The translations under genes and the position numbers were made by a program. This document shows, in pieces, positions 43,826 through 54,954 of a stretch of DNA of 64,000 nucleotides (the stretch's first letter is position 1; each line of letters opens with the position of its first letter). Source of the DNA: Bacteroidia bacterium (GTDB lineage Bacteria; Bacteroidota; Bacteroidia; Bacteroidales; JAPLDU01); the NCBI GenBank assembly GCA_026391255.1, contig JAPLDU010000087.1, forward strand, positions 348 to 64,347, given 5' to 3'. The notes beneath the pieces were generated by a model. It had not been told where the DNA came from. It did no database searches and was given only the letters and a program-made list of their open reading frames with translations.

Positions 43826-44830
43826 CAAGTCTTTCCTGTACAATCCTGCAAGTTCAGAGATCGTTTGTTGTAAGGGAATAAAATCCCATTTCAGCAGATC
43901 CTGGATTTTCTTATTTGAATATGTCGAGATATTTCCTGCTGAACGAACCGATTCAGGGCTGATAATTGATTTATTACGGATAACTACTGATATTACTTTA
44001 TCAATATTAGCTGTCCATTTCAGAATATATTCAGGAACACAGTAACGTGGGCTTTTCCTGTTCAGGTAAAAAGCAATCATGTCCAATAACTGGCGGTAGG
44101 AAAGATTTTCAGAACTGATGCAGAACCTATTGCCCTGAACCGGGCTGTTCATTAACTTTATCATGATGTCAACAACATCTTTTACATCCACGAAACCTGT
44201 CATGCCTTTTGTATAGAACATCAGACCCTTGTCAACAGTACTGAAAATGCGTGAAGACCCTTTGTCCCATGGCTGATAACCCAGGATTACGGATGGATTT
44301 ATTATAACAGCATTTAACCCTTCATGAATACCCCGCCAGACTTCAAGTTCAGAATTGTACTTACTTATTGAATATGCTGAGTAATCATAACCGGGTATAC
44401 GCGTGGTTTCTTCGTCAACAGGCCCATCCTCTTCCGGTTTCCCAAAAGCTGCAATAGAGCTGACATGACAAAACTTTCCGACATTATTTTCAAGGGCCGC
44501 ATTAATAATGTTGGAAGTCCCGGTAATGTTAGTCTTCAGCATATTCGACCGGTCTGCCGGATGAAATGATACCTGTGCGGCAGTGTGATAAATCTGATCG
44601 GTATTCCGGGTTGTTTCAAGCAAAAGAAAATAATCGAGGATATTTCCTTCAATCCATTGAATATTATCGACCAGTCGTGAATCACCCTCATGGTGGAGAT
44701 CAAATACCTTACGGACAAAGGACAAATCACCATATGGTCTTTTTAATGCACTTACTGTTTCTCCCGAAATAATCAGCCTGTATAATAAATGCGAGCCGAC
44801 AAGTCCTGTTCCGCCTGTAACAAATATCAT
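43769..44830 (-). CDS. NAD-dependent epimerase/dehydratase family (extended SDR) protein
   Basis: Start at MIFVTGGTGLVGSHL (Rossmann GxxGxxG). YSISK catalytic Tyr-x3-Lys. C-terminal LPNLDEPEPNKKSQISKYK is encoded by the MITE. Confidence 0.8.
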   Translation of the reverse strand: MIFVTGGTGLVGSHLLYRLIISGETVSALKRPYGDLSFVRKVFDLHHEGDSRLVDNIQWIEGNILDYFLLLETTRNTDQIYHTAAQVSFHPADRSNMLKTNITGTSNIINAALENNVGKFCHVSSIAAFGKPEEDGPVDEETTRIPGYDYSAYSISKYNSELEVWRGIHEGLNAVIINPSVILGYQPWDKGSSRIFSTVDKGLMFYTKGMTGFVDVKDVVDIMIKLMNSPVQGNRFCISSENLSYRQLLDMIAFYLNRKSPRYCVPEYILKWTANIDKVISVVIRNKSIISPESVRSAGNISTYSNKKIQDLLKWDFIPLQQTISELAGLYRKDLPNLDEPEPNKKSQISKYK

Positions 44831-44852
44831 AGAAATTAGATTGTTCAACAGT

Positions 44853-45311
44853 TCATTTTGATTTTCCGGAAAAAAAAGATTCTTTCCCTTTTTCCCAGAC
44901 AAGCTTTCTGCCTATTCCAAATCTGTTATCAGTCATTTTAATAAAATATGGTTCAACTGCCCAGAATGTAGTATCCATAAGCAGTGCAACAGGGAAGCGC
45001 ATTATATATGCAGCTCGTATTCTGGCCAGCAATTCATCACCTGGTTCAAAAATAACACCTGTAAACTGAATACCCTGAATCTTTCCGATTATGAGAGTGT
45101 CAACATATACAGTACCTGCCACCTTGTTCATTTCAGAGATTTCCCTGATGTGCCTTGTTTCTTTATCAGAAGTAAATGCAAAAAGATTCTTTTCTTTCAG
45201 ATATATATAAAAACAATTTGCACAATAAGGCCCGTTAATGCTTGCTGTAGCAAGTGTCAGCACATGATGTTTATTAATGAAATTTATTATTTTCTTATCT
45301 GGGAAAGTCAT
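44853..45311 (-). CDS. Pyridoxamine 5'-phosphate oxidase-like (YhbP/UPF0306-type) protein
   Basis: ~150 aa. The N-terminal block HHVLTLATASINGPYCANCFY...FTSDKETRH resembles that family. Weak call. Confidence 0.5.
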   Translation of the reverse strand: MTFPDKKIINFINKHHVLTLATASINGPYCANCFYIYLKEKNLFAFTSDKETRHIREISEMNKVAGTVYVDTLIIGKIQGIQFTGVIFEPGDELLARIRAAYIMRFPVALLMDTTFWAVEPYFIKMTDNRFGIGRKLVWEKGKESFFSGKSK

Positions 45312-45355
45312 TCCTAAAAGTCTTGCAGTCTATAGTCTTAATAACCTGAATAGTT

Positions 45356-45916
45356 TCATTGATACAAATGTTCAAGCAGGATCTTAAGCCCCGTGGCAAT
45401 TAATATGATGCCTCCCAGTATTTCCATTTTCCTGCCGAATTGGGAACCGGTCTTCTTTCCTGCCAGTATTCCAAGCATGGATATGATGAAAGTAATAATT
45501 CCGATGATGAGAACAGAAATAATAATAGGAAAATCAAGAAAAGCAAAACTGAATCCTACAACCAGGGCGTCGATACTGGTAGCTAAAGAAATACCAAGTA
45601 GATAGTATGAATTTAACGGATCTTTGGTTGAAGGCTTTTTTTCTTTTCTCAGACTTTCATAAATCATCTTTATTCCCAGCAATCCCAGGAGTGTAAATGC
45701 TATCCAATGATCTACGGATTTAACAGATTCCTTTATTCCGGAACCTGCAAACCAACCAATCAGTGGCATTAAAGCCTGAAAAAAGGCAAGAGAAAAAGCT
45801 ATCCGGACTGCATGGCGGAACAGTATATCTTTTTTGATTAACCCACTGGACACGGAAACAGCAAAAGAATCAAATGACAAACCAATGGCAATAAAAATAA
45901 TCGTCAGGTAATGCAT
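45356..45916 (-). CDS. mntP: Manganese efflux pump MntP family
   Basis: 186 aa, 6 TM. Duplicated DUF204 motifs LSFDSFAVSVSSG and LATSIDALVVGFSF. Confidence 0.85.
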   Translation of the reverse strand: MHYLTIIFIAIGLSFDSFAVSVSSGLIKKDILFRHAVRIAFSLAFFQALMPLIGWFAGSGIKESVKSVDHWIAFTLLGLLGIKMIYESLRKEKKPSTKDPLNSYYLLGISLATSIDALVVGFSFAFLDFPIIISVLIIGIITFIISMLGILAGKKTGSQFGRKMEILGGIILIATGLKILLEHLYQ

Positions 45917-46005
45917 GATGTGCTTATTGTATCAATAAAAATACCAGCTATAAACAGAACAAAACGATAACTTTCGTACTTTTATAGTCGGACAAAATTA
46001 GTAAA

Positions 46006-47931
46006 ATGAAAATATTATTTTTCACTGGCTTCTTCCTGGTTATTTATACAGTTACTTACGAGCAGGTGATTATGTCGGATTCTGAACATTCCATTATGAA
46101 GTCTGAAAAATCGGCATTTCTGCAGCAAACCAAGGGGCTTAATACATATGCCGGTGAAAATATCAATATTACATATCAGAAAATGCAATGGTTGGTAGAC
46201 CCGTCTGTTGATTTTATCACGGGTACTGTTTTTACTATTTTTAAAACGACACAGGATAATATTACTTCAATTTCTTTTGATATGGCCGATAACCTTTCAG
46301 TAGGGGATATTCATTACCATGGTCAGTCTCTGGGTTATCTTCATACAGGAGATATTATTACTATTACTTTACCGGCTTCCATTACAATAAATACTACCGA
46401 TTCAATAAGTATACTTTACAGCGGTACACCGGATCCTCTTGGAACAGGTTCCTTTGTACAATCAAATCATAATGGCACACCAATCATCTGGACGCTATCA
46501 GAACCATATGGGGCAAAAGTCTGGTGGCCTTGCAAACAGGATCTGTCTGATAAAATCGATTCTGTTGACATTTATGTGACCGCTCCTGCCCAATACAAAA
46601 CTGCATCTAATGGCATATTGGTCTCCGAACAGATTTCCGGTACACAGAAAATTGCACATTGGAAACACAGGCATCCTGTTGCAGCTTACCTGATTGCTTT
46701 TGCGGTAACTGATTATTCAGTATATTCGGATTATGTTTCATTGACAAATGGTGATTCAGTGCAGGTTTTAAATTATGTTTATCCTGAGAACCTAACGAAT
46801 GCACAGTTAAGCACACTTGATGTCATTCCCGTTATGCAGTTGTACGATAGTATATTCATGAATTATCCCTTTGCTGATGAAAAGTACGGTCATGCACAGT
46901 TTGGACAGGGAGGAGGTATGGAGCATCAAACCATGACATTTGCCACAAATTTTGATCATGAATTGATTGCTCACGAACTGGCTCATCAGTGGTTCGGAGA
47001 TTATATCACTTGTAAGAGCTGGCATGAAATATGGCTTAATGAAGGTTTCGCGGTTTATCTGGTTGGACTGACCTATGAACATTTGTTTAATTCGTCATAC
47101 TGGATGCCTTGGAAGACTATGCAGATTGACGATATTACCAGCCAGCCTGATGGTTCAGTGTATGTGGCTGATACGGCAAATGTTGATAGGTTGTTTGATC
47201 AGAGATTGACCTACCATAAGGCTGGTATGCTTTTGCATATGTTAAGATGGGAGTTGGGTGATTTGGCTTTTTTTAATGCTTTGCGCAGCTATCTTCAGGA
47301 TCCCTCACTTGTGAACGGATTCGCCACAACCAATGATCTGAGATCACATCTTGAATTTGAAAAAGATACCTCGCTAACTGAATTTTTCAATGACTGGTAC
47401 TATGGCGAAGGTTATCCATTGTATACAATCGACTGGACACAGAGCGTTACGGGCAATATTAATATTAAGATTGACCAGCAAACCACCAATTCTTCAGTTG
47501 AATTTTTTGAAATGACAGTACCATTAGAGTTTAAAGGCAATGGACAAGATACAATTATCAGGTTTAAAAATACATATTCAGGAGAGGAGTATAATATTCA
47601 TTTAGAATTTCCAGTAAGTGATGTAGTTTTTGATCCTCAAAAATGGTTAATAACAAAAAATCCAGTTATTAATGAGGTACAGAGAATTAACCAGCTTGAT
47701 TCATTGGTAATATATCCGAACCCGGCCATGAGTACATTGATTATTTACGGGGCAAATGAACTTGTAATTAAAGAGATTGAAATGTACGATATACTTGGTA
47801 GAAAACGTATGGATACCAGTAGAATTGATTCGTCTCCTGTTAAAATTAATATTCGTGATCTGCCAGAGGGGATTTATTACCTAAAGATGTCCGGTAAATC
47901 TATTTATATGAGATCATTTATTAAAATTTGA
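46006..47931 (+). CDS. M1 family zinc aminopeptidase with T9SS C-terminal sorting domain
   Basis: GGGMEHQ (GAMEN-like), HELAHQWFGD...WLNEGFA. C-terminal VIYPNPAMSTLIIYG...EGIYYLKM. Confidence 0.85.
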   Translation: MKILFFTGFFLVIYTVTYEQVIMSDSEHSIMKSEKSAFLQQTKGLNTYAGENINITYQKMQWLVDPSVDFITGTVFTIFKTTQDNITSISFDMADNLSVGDIHYHGQSLGYLHTGDIITITLPASITINTTDSISILYSGTPDPLGTGSFVQSNHNGTPIIWTLSEPYGAKVWWPCKQDLSDKIDSVDIYVTAPAQYKTASNGILVSEQISGTQKIAHWKHRHPVAAYLIAFAVTDYSVYSDYVSLTNGDSVQVLNYVYPENLTNAQLSTLDVIPVMQLYDSIFMNYPFADEKYGHAQFGQGGGMEHQTMTFATNFDHELIAHELAHQWFGDYITCKSWHEIWLNEGFAVYLVGLTYEHLFNSSYWMPWKTMQIDDITSQPDGSVYVADTANVDRLFDQRLTYHKAGMLLHMLRWELGDLAFFNALRSYLQDPSLVNGFATTNDLRSHLEFEKDTSLTEFFNDWYYGEGYPLYTIDWTQSVTGNINIKIDQQTTNSSVEFFEMTVPLEFKGNGQDTIIRFKNTYSGEEYNIHLEFPVSDVVFDPQKWLITKNPVINEVQRINQLDSLVIYPNPAMSTLIIYGANELVIKEIEMYDILGRKRMDTSRIDSSPVKINIRDLPEGIYYLKMSGKSIYMRSFIKI

Positions 47932-47933
47932 TC

Positions 47934-49094
47934 CTAATCGATAAATAAATCTGAAATAATTTTATCGGAAATAAACATTCCCTGAACGGATAATACCAAT
48001 CGGTTATCCATTAGTACAATATGCCCGGATTGTAAATATCCTTTTATTGATCTTTGTAAATCAGAATGAATAATGTCCCCGAAAGCAGATTTAATATAGC
48101 TTAGATTCACGCCATGGCTGGTACGGAGTGATATCATCAGGTACTCGTTGTACTTGTCTTTTTCAGAAAGTGTTTCAGCTTTATATGGTACAATTCCCTG
48201 GGTTAAAGCGTCAATATATTTTTGATTGTCGGAGATGTTCCATTGTCTTGATATTTCATTAAAGGAATGAGCCGATGGACCGATACCCAAATATTTTTTA
48301 CCTGTCCAGTAATTCGAATTGTGCCTGGATTGGTAATTTTCTTTAGCAAAATTAGATAATTCATAATGAACGAACCCATTTTTTTCTGTTTCTTCAACTA
48401 GTGTAATGAATTGATTATAACTCTCTTCTTCAGTGGGTAAAAATAGTTTGTTCTTCTGTGTTAAAAACCTGAAAACTGTGTTTCCTTCCAAGCTGAGATG
48501 ATAGGCCGATAAATGCTGAATATTAAGGTCGAAAGCTGTCTCCAGGTTTTGTCTCCATTTTTCTGCCATTGACTGATTAGGAGGATGTTCATGTGAATCA
48601 ACACTGGCAGGAAGACCATAGATGAGATCAATACTGATATTGTTAAATCCTGTTTCCTGGCTCCGGAGGACGCATTCGACAGCCTGCTTTGCGTCATGAC
48701 GCCGGTTCATCAACTTCAGATCATCATCAAAAAATGATTGTATTCCAATACTGAGGCGGTTAATTCCTGATTTGTAAATAAAATTCAAAAGTTCAATATC
48801 AAGATCATCCGGATTTGCTTCTATTGTAATTTCAGAATTAGGTGACACATTAAATTGTGAATGGATTTTATCTAAAATTGAGGAAAGATGGCCGGGAAGA
48901 AGAAGAGATGGTGTGCCCCCTCCAAAATAAATTGTTTCAATCGTTTCTCCTGCAAGGTATTCAGACCTGAGCTCGAATTCTTTGATTATAGACGCGATCA
49001 TCGACTCGGGATAGGTCTTAACAGGGTTTGAATGAAAATCGCAGTAATAGCATTTTTGCCTGCAAAAAGGAATATGTACATAAATACCTGCCAT
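47934..49094 (-). CDS. hemW: Radical SAM haem chaperone HemW (HemN-like)
   Basis: YVHIPFCRQKCYYCDF CX3CX2C motif, GGGTPS, HemN_C-like C-terminus. 386 aa. Confidence 0.85.
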   Translation of the reverse strand: MAGIYVHIPFCRQKCYYCDFHSNPVKTYPESMIASIIKEFELRSEYLAGETIETIYFGGGTPSLLLPGHLSSILDKIHSQFNVSPNSEITIEANPDDLDIELLNFIYKSGINRLSIGIQSFFDDDLKLMNRRHDAKQAVECVLRSQETGFNNISIDLIYGLPASVDSHEHPPNQSMAEKWRQNLETAFDLNIQHLSAYHLSLEGNTVFRFLTQKNKLFLPTEEESYNQFITLVEETEKNGFVHYELSNFAKENYQSRHNSNYWTGKKYLGIGPSAHSFNEISRQWNISDNQKYIDALTQGIVPYKAETLSEKDKYNEYLMISLRTSHGVNLSYIKSAFGDIIHSDLQRSIKGYLQSGHIVLMDNRLVLSVQGMFISDKIISDLFID

Positions 49095-49336
49095 TTTTAA
49101 TAATGAAAGTCTAAATTTGCCTTTTTAACAGAGAAACATCGATCTGTATTGTTTGTTATATAAGAATAGAATTATCATATATTTTTATTTCAAAGTAATA
49201 TTAATTGTTAATGAAATATACATTCATTAATAATCAGGAATATTACATGAGGATTTATTTCTGAAGATTTATGTGTATTAATAATTTTCATAGAATTATA
49301 TGTTGTTAAATGGTAATTGATGGAATATAAAGAAAA

Positions 49337-51211
49337 ATGACTCCAAAATATGATATCATCGTGGTGGGAGCGGGACATGCTGGTTGTGAGGCAGCAGCAG
49401 CAGCTGCTAATATGGGTTCAAAAGTACTGTTAGTAACGATGGATATGACCAAATTTGCCCAGATGTCCTGTAACCCGGCGATGGGAGGTATTGCAAAGGG
49501 TCAGATAATAAGGGAGGTTGATGCACTTGGAGGATATTCCGGTATTGTCACGGACGGGACAATGATTCAGTTCAGGATGCTGAATAAATCAAAAGGCCCA
49601 GCAATGTGGAGCCCCAGGGCACAATGCGACAGATCTAAATTTACAATTAAATGGAGGATAATACTTGAAAGTTTAAAAAATCTTGATTTTTGGCAGGATA
49701 CGGTTGTAAATTTGATCATTGAAAACAAAAAAGCCTGTGGGATAATTACTGCACGTGGAATTATTATCCGGTCAGAGTCGGTTATCCTCACCAATGGTAC
49801 TTTTCTCAACGGACTCATACATGTTGGCAAAGCCCAGGTTTATGGTGGCAGAGATTCAGAAATGCCAAGTTATGGAATTACAGAACAATTAGTAAAGTCT
49901 GGATTTATAACCGGCAGACTGAAGACTGGGACACCTGCCCGAGTTGACGGACGCAGCATTGATTTTTCAAAAATGACAGAACAACCCGGAGATGATAATC
50001 CGGGTAAATTTTCATTCTTGCCCGGATCATCTAAGCTGAGAAAGCAGCAAAGTTGTTTTATTACCTATACGGATAAGAATGTTCATGATACATTGAGAAA
50101 AGGGTTTAAAGATTCACCATTATTTAACGGCGATATTAAAGGACGTGGTCCCAGGTATTGCCCAAGCATTGAAGACAAGGTGGTGACTTTTGCCGGAAAA
50201 GAAAGACATCAGTTATTCCTTGAACCGGAAGGAAATTCCACCGTTGAGTTTTACCTGAATGGTTTTTCGTCTTCACTTCCATGGGAAATTCAATATGAGG
50301 CAATTAAAAAAATACCAGGATTGGAAAATGTAAAATTATTCAGACCGGGTTATGCTATTGAATATGATTATTTTGATCCCACTCAGCTTACAGCTGCACT
50401 GGAAACAAAGTTAATCTCAAATCTTTATTTTGCAGGGCAGATCAACGGCACTACAGGTTATGAGGAAGCAGCGGCACAAGGCATAATGGCTGGAATCAAT
50501 GCAAATTTGAAATTGCGTAACATTCCTCCATTGGTATTAAATAGGAATGAAGCGTACATCGGTGTATTGATTGACGATTTAATCACCAAAGGCATTGATG
50601 AGCCTTATAGAATGTTTACATCCCGGGCAGAATATCGCATATTGCTAAGACAGGATAATGCTGATTTCAGACTAACGCCGATAGCATACGAGATTGGTTT
50701 AGCCAAAAGATCACGATTCGACTGGATGAAAAAGAAATATAAGTACGTTGATGATCTGAAAAATGAATTCAAAAAAATTAGTCTTTATCCTAAGGATGTA
50801 AATGATATGTTGATCAGACTCGAAACCAACCCAATAAAGCAGAAAGTCAAAGCAGTTGATATATTATTGAGGCCACAGGTTGCAATAAATGATATTATTC
50901 AATTATCCGATTATCTGAAACGTATTGTTCCTGATCATGTTCGTCAAAAGAATGAGATTATTGAAGCGGCAGAAACCGAAATGAAATATGCTGGTTATAT
51001 TGAAAGAGAAAAAATCGTTGCCAGGAAAATAAAGAGGTTGGAAAATCTTGAACTTTATAATGATTTTGATTATAGTAAAATTAATTCAATTTCAACAGAA
51101 GCACGGCAAAAGCTTATAAAAATTAAACCCAGGAACATTGGACAAGCTTCCAGAATTCCCGGCGTTTCACCATCTGATATTAATGTTTTATTGGTCTATT
51201 TAGGAAGGTAA
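49337..51211 (+). CDS. mnmG: tRNA uridine-5-carboxymethylaminomethyl modification enzyme MnmG (GidA)
   Basis: YDIIVVGAGHAGCEAA FAD motif, GPRYCPSIEDK, 624 aa. Confidence 0.95.
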   Translation: MTPKYDIIVVGAGHAGCEAAAAAANMGSKVLLVTMDMTKFAQMSCNPAMGGIAKGQIIREVDALGGYSGIVTDGTMIQFRMLNKSKGPAMWSPRAQCDRSKFTIKWRIILESLKNLDFWQDTVVNLIIENKKACGIITARGIIIRSESVILTNGTFLNGLIHVGKAQVYGGRDSEMPSYGITEQLVKSGFITGRLKTGTPARVDGRSIDFSKMTEQPGDDNPGKFSFLPGSSKLRKQQSCFITYTDKNVHDTLRKGFKDSPLFNGDIKGRGPRYCPSIEDKVVTFAGKERHQLFLEPEGNSTVEFYLNGFSSSLPWEIQYEAIKKIPGLENVKLFRPGYAIEYDYFDPTQLTAALETKLISNLYFAGQINGTTGYEEAAAQGIMAGINANLKLRNIPPLVLNRNEAYIGVLIDDLITKGIDEPYRMFTSRAEYRILLRQDNADFRLTPIAYEIGLAKRSRFDWMKKKYKYVDDLKNEFKKISLYPKDVNDMLIRLETNPIKQKVKAVDILLRPQVAINDIIQLSDYLKRIVPDHVRQKNEIIEAAETEMKYAGYIEREKIVARKIKRLENLELYNDFDYSKINSISTEARQKLIKIKPRNIGQASRIPGVSPSDINVLLVYLGR

Positions 51212-51500
51212 TGTTCCACGTGAAACAGAAATGATAATTCACACAAGATTAAGCAGATATCAAGGTATTATTTGGTAGGATTAAATTATTATTACGGGTT
51301 TATTGAAAAATATCAGGTGAACCGTACCAGCAATGTTAAAACGGTATTAACCAGGCAGATTGCAATGGTATTTCGGTATACAGTCATATCGGGAAACGGG
51401 ATTCTTTCTTTTGAATAAAGCTTATTCTCAAATGTAAATTGTTCCACGTGGATCAATAGTATCCATCTAATTGATTTATCGAAATATAATATTATTTATT

Positions 51501-53126
51501 ATGAAATTGTCAGGAAATATTGTTGATGTAATATCCCGTAAAATATTTAAAGGCGAAATAGAAATCATAAATGGAAGGATTTCCGATATCAGGCAGACAT
51601 TAGTCGCGAAGGATATTTTCATCATGCCTGGATTGATAGACTCGCATGTACATATTGAGAGTTCTATGCTTGTTCCATCACGGTTTGCAGAAATCGTGGT
51701 GAGGCATGGTACAATCGCGACTGTTTCTGATCCTCATGAAATTGCAAATGTAATGGGAATTGATGGCATAGATTTCATGATAGGGGATATCCGCAACTGC
51801 TATTTTAAAATGTACTTTGGTGCTCCCTCCTGTGTGCCGGCAACTGGTTTTGAAACTTCCGGCGCAGTTATTTCAGTGGAAGACATAAAACATTTATTGG
51901 CCAGGGATGATATTTATTATCTTTCTGAAATGATGAATTATCCCGGAGTAATTTTTAACGATCCGGAGGTTTTGGCAAAGATAGACCTCAGTAAAAAGGC
52001 AGGAAAACCTGTCGATGGCCATGCCCCCGGGCTTACAGGTGATGACCTTGTGAAATATGTTTCTGCCGGTATTGAAACAGATCATGAATGTTTTACTCTA
52101 CATGAGGCAATTGAAAAAATTAATCTTGGGATGAAAATACTGATACGGGAAGGCAGCTCTGCCCGTAACTTCGGTTCTTTATACAGATTAATTGATGATT
52201 ATCCCGATATGGTAATGCTATGTACTGATGATGCTCATCCTGATGATCTGGTAAAGGGACATATCAATAAATTGATAAAAGCAGGAATAGAAAAGAATAA
52301 TGAATTTTTTAATTTAATCAGAGCAGTTACCTGCAACCCGGTAAAACATTATGGTTTACCTGTCGGCCTTCTGCAAATTGGTGATCCGGCCGATTTCATC
52401 CTGGTTGACGACCTGACTAATTTTAATATTCTGAAAACATATATTAACGGACATGAAGTATTTGATGGGGAATTTGTAAACATAGGCATCGGAAGTCAGA
52501 TTTGCCCGAATAAATTTTTCAGCAACCGGGTTGCTATGTCGGACCTGAAGGTAAAAGGAGAGAAAGGAAATTTAATAAAAGTTATTGTGGCAATTGATGG
52601 TGAACTCATTACAAAGACATTAGTAACAGAAGCAAAAATTGAAAATGAATGCATTATTCAAGATATTGAAGACGATATTTTAAAAATTGCAGTGTTGAAC
52701 AGGTACGAGCCAGCCAACCCTGTAAAAGGATTTATTAAAAACTTCGGGCTGAAAAATGGAGCCATAGCAGGCAGTATTGCACATGACAGTCATAATGTTA
52801 TTGCTGTTGGGACAAATGATGAAGATATTATGAATGCTATGAATATGATCATTGAAGCAAATGGAGGTATTTGTTTTTGTGCAGGAAATGACAGGGAAAT
52901 ATTACCATTAGAAGTTGCCGGACTTATGACAAATCAAAATGCCAATATTGTAGCCGAAAAGTACAAACACCTTGAAAATAAAGCCAGGCAGAATGGAGCA
53001 TCTTTAAAATCACCTTTTATGACACTTTCGTTTATGGCTTTACTGGTCATTCCCGAATTGAAAATTGGTGATAAAGGTTTATTTGACGGAATTAAATTTT
53101 CACTGACAAATTTGCTGGCAGAATAA
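51501..53126 (+). CDS. ade: Adenine deaminase
   Basis: GLIDSHVHIESSML metal motif, DPHEIANV, VDGHAPG, SIAHDSHN. ATG at 51501 preferred over the TTG at 51471. Confidence 0.85.
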   Translation: MKLSGNIVDVISRKIFKGEIEIINGRISDIRQTLVAKDIFIMPGLIDSHVHIESSMLVPSRFAEIVVRHGTIATVSDPHEIANVMGIDGIDFMIGDIRNCYFKMYFGAPSCVPATGFETSGAVISVEDIKHLLARDDIYYLSEMMNYPGVIFNDPEVLAKIDLSKKAGKPVDGHAPGLTGDDLVKYVSAGIETDHECFTLHEAIEKINLGMKILIREGSSARNFGSLYRLIDDYPDMVMLCTDDAHPDDLVKGHINKLIKAGIEKNNEFFNLIRAVTCNPVKHYGLPVGLLQIGDPADFILVDDLTNFNILKTYINGHEVFDGEFVNIGIGSQICPNKFFSNRVAMSDLKVKGEKGNLIKVIVAIDGELITKTLVTEAKIENECIIQDIEDDILKIAVLNRYEPANPVKGFIKNFGLKNGAIAGSIAHDSHNVIAVGTNDEDIMNAMNMIIEANGGICFCAGNDREILPLEVAGLMTNQNANIVAEKYKHLENKARQNGASLKSPFMTLSFMALLVIPELKIGDKGLFDGIKFSLTNLLAE

Positions 53127-53139
53127 TACTCTCAGATCA

Positions 53140-54954
53140 TTGAAGAAGAATAAAAAGAATATTGATTTTAATGTTATAATTTCTGGCTTACCTGATAGCC
53201 CGGGTGTTTATCAGTTTCTTGATATAAATGGGAAAATCATTTATGTAGGAAAAGCGAAGAATCTCAAAAAAAGAGTAAGTTCTTATTTCCAGAAAACACA
53301 TGACAATGCCAAGACTGACATTCTTGTTAATAGAATAGCTGAAATCAATCATATCGTTGTCGGTTCCGAGCAAGATGCCCTGCTTCTTGAGAATAACCTG
53401 ATAAAAAAGCTTCAGCCAAGGTACAATGTGTTGTTGAAAGATGATAAAACATTTCCATGGATTTGTATTAAAAACGAAAAATTCCCCCGTGTTTTTCTAA
53501 CCAGAAATATCATCAAAGATGGTTCCCAATATTTCGGACCTTATACATCTGCAAGAATGGTAAGGGTAATTCTGGAAATGATCAGGCACTTGTACAATCT
53601 CAGAACATGCAGTCATCTGCTTTCATCTCAAAATATTGAGAACCGGAAATTCAAAGTATGTCTCGAATATCATATCGGTAACTGTAAAGCTCCTTGTATC
53701 GGAAATCAAAGTCTTGAAGAATATGACCAATCTATTGATCAGATAAGAAATCTATTGAAAGGAAACATCAACTCGGTCAGCCAGTTTCTTAAGGAAAGGA
53801 TGAAAGGATTATCGGAAGAGTACAGGTTTGAAGAAGCCGAACAAATCAAAGAGAAAATCCTGTTACTTGAAAAGTTTCAGAGTAAATCAACCATTGTAAA
53901 TCCTTCTATCAATAATGTTGATGTATTTTCAATTGTCGATGATGACAAAAGAGCCTTTGTAAATTTTATGAAAGTAATGAATGGAGCTATTATTCAGGCA
54001 CATACAATAGAGATGGTAAAACGTCTGAATGAATCAAAAGAAGAACTTCTTCCCATTGCTATAATTGAAATATGGCAAATGATTCAAAGCAGGGCAAATG
54101 AAATAATATTACCATTTGAGATTGAGTTTCTGCCGGGTGAGATAACAATTACAGTACCTAAAATCGGAGATAAGAAAAAACTTCTTGATCTGTCACAAAG
54201 AAATGCAAAACACTATCAGGCAGAGGTAAACAGGATGCTTGAGGAGCAGAAAAAACCGGACCGCACATTACAATTAATGGAAATTATAAGGAACGATCTT
54301 CGACTCACAGAGTTACCTTCTCATATTGAATGTTTTGACAATTCTAACTTTCAGGGAAAAGAGCCTGTTGCAGCCTGTGTGGTTTTTAAAAATTTAAAAC
54401 CCAGCAAAAATGATTACCGTCATTTCAACATAAAAACAGTCAGGGGGATTAATGATTTTGAATCAATGGAAGAAGTCGTGTATCGCAGGTATCTGAGATT
54501 GACAGAAGAAAAGACTTCTTTACCACAACTGATTATTATAGACGGAGGGAAAGGACAGCTGAGCTCTGCTCTAAAGGCACTTGAAAAGCTGAATCTAAGG
54601 GGAAAAATTTCAATCATTGGTATTGCAAAGAGACTTGAAGAGATTTATTATGCAGATGATCCAATCCCCTTATATCTGGATAAGAAATCTGAAACACTGA
54701 AACTTATTCAAAGAATCAGGGATGAAGCCCACAGATTTGGTATTGGTTTTCATCGTGATAAGAGATCAAAAAGTTTCATCAATTCGGAACTTGAAAATAT
54801 TAAAGGGATAGGTGAAAATACTATACAACTATTATTTTCTGAGTTTAAAACAATTGAAACGATCCTTAGTAAATCTACAGACGAACTTTCCGGAATTATT
54901 GGTAAATCAAGAGCATTATTGATCAAAGACTATTTTAATAAAAAATTAATGTAA
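53140..54954 (+). CDS. uvrC: Excinuclease ABC subunit C
   Basis: GIY-YIG (PGVYQFLD...IIYVGKAKNLKKRV), UvrBC-interaction region, endonuclease V-like and HhH C-terminus. The start appears to be TTG. Confidence 0.9.
   Translation: MKKNKKNIDFNVIISGLPDSPGVYQFLDINGKIIYVGKAKNLKKRVSSYFQKTHDNAKTDILVNRIAEINHIVVGSEQDALLLENNLIKKLQPRYNVLLKDDKTFPWICIKNEKFPRVFLTRNIIKDGSQYFGPYTSARMVRVILEMIRHLYNLRTCSHLLSSQNIENRKFKVCLEYHIGNCKAPCIGNQSLEEYDQSIDQIRNLLKGNINSVSQFLKERMKGLSEEYRFEEAEQIKEKILLLEKFQSKSTIVNPSINNVDVFSIVDDDKRAFVNFMKVMNGAIIQAHTIEMVKRLNESKEELLPIAIIEIWQMIQSRANEIILPFEIEFLPGEITITVPKIGDKKKLLDLSQRNAKHYQAEVNRMLEEQKKPDRTLQLMEIIRNDLRLTELPSHIECFDNSNFQGKEPVAACVVFKNLKPSKNDYRHFNIKTVRGINDFESMEEVVYRRYLRLTEEKTSLPQLIIIDGGKGQLSSALKALEKLNLRGKISIIGIAKRLEEIYYADDPIPLYLDKKSETLKLIQRIRDEAHRFGIGFHRDKRSKSFINSELENIKGIGENTIQLLFSEFKTIETILSKSTDELSGIIGKSRALLIKDYFNKKLM

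Noticed and set aside
45917-46005. yybP-ykoY manganese riboswitch upstream of mntP
   Set aside because: Only 89 bp are shared with the divergent peptidase gene, and no conserved four-way-junction-like GGAGAGTAG / GGGGAGTA type blocks are seen.
49095-49336. Replication origin next to mnmG (gidA)
   Set aside because: The region is AT-rich, but I found no cluster of DnaA boxes (TTATCCACA or the complement), and dnaA/dnaN are not present in the window.
51212-51500. Purine riboswitch upstream of adenine deaminase
   Set aside because: I could not find the conserved junction sequences of the purine aptamer (the UAUA...GGAUAUGG...UUUCUACC...CCGUAAA...GACUA pattern) on either strand.
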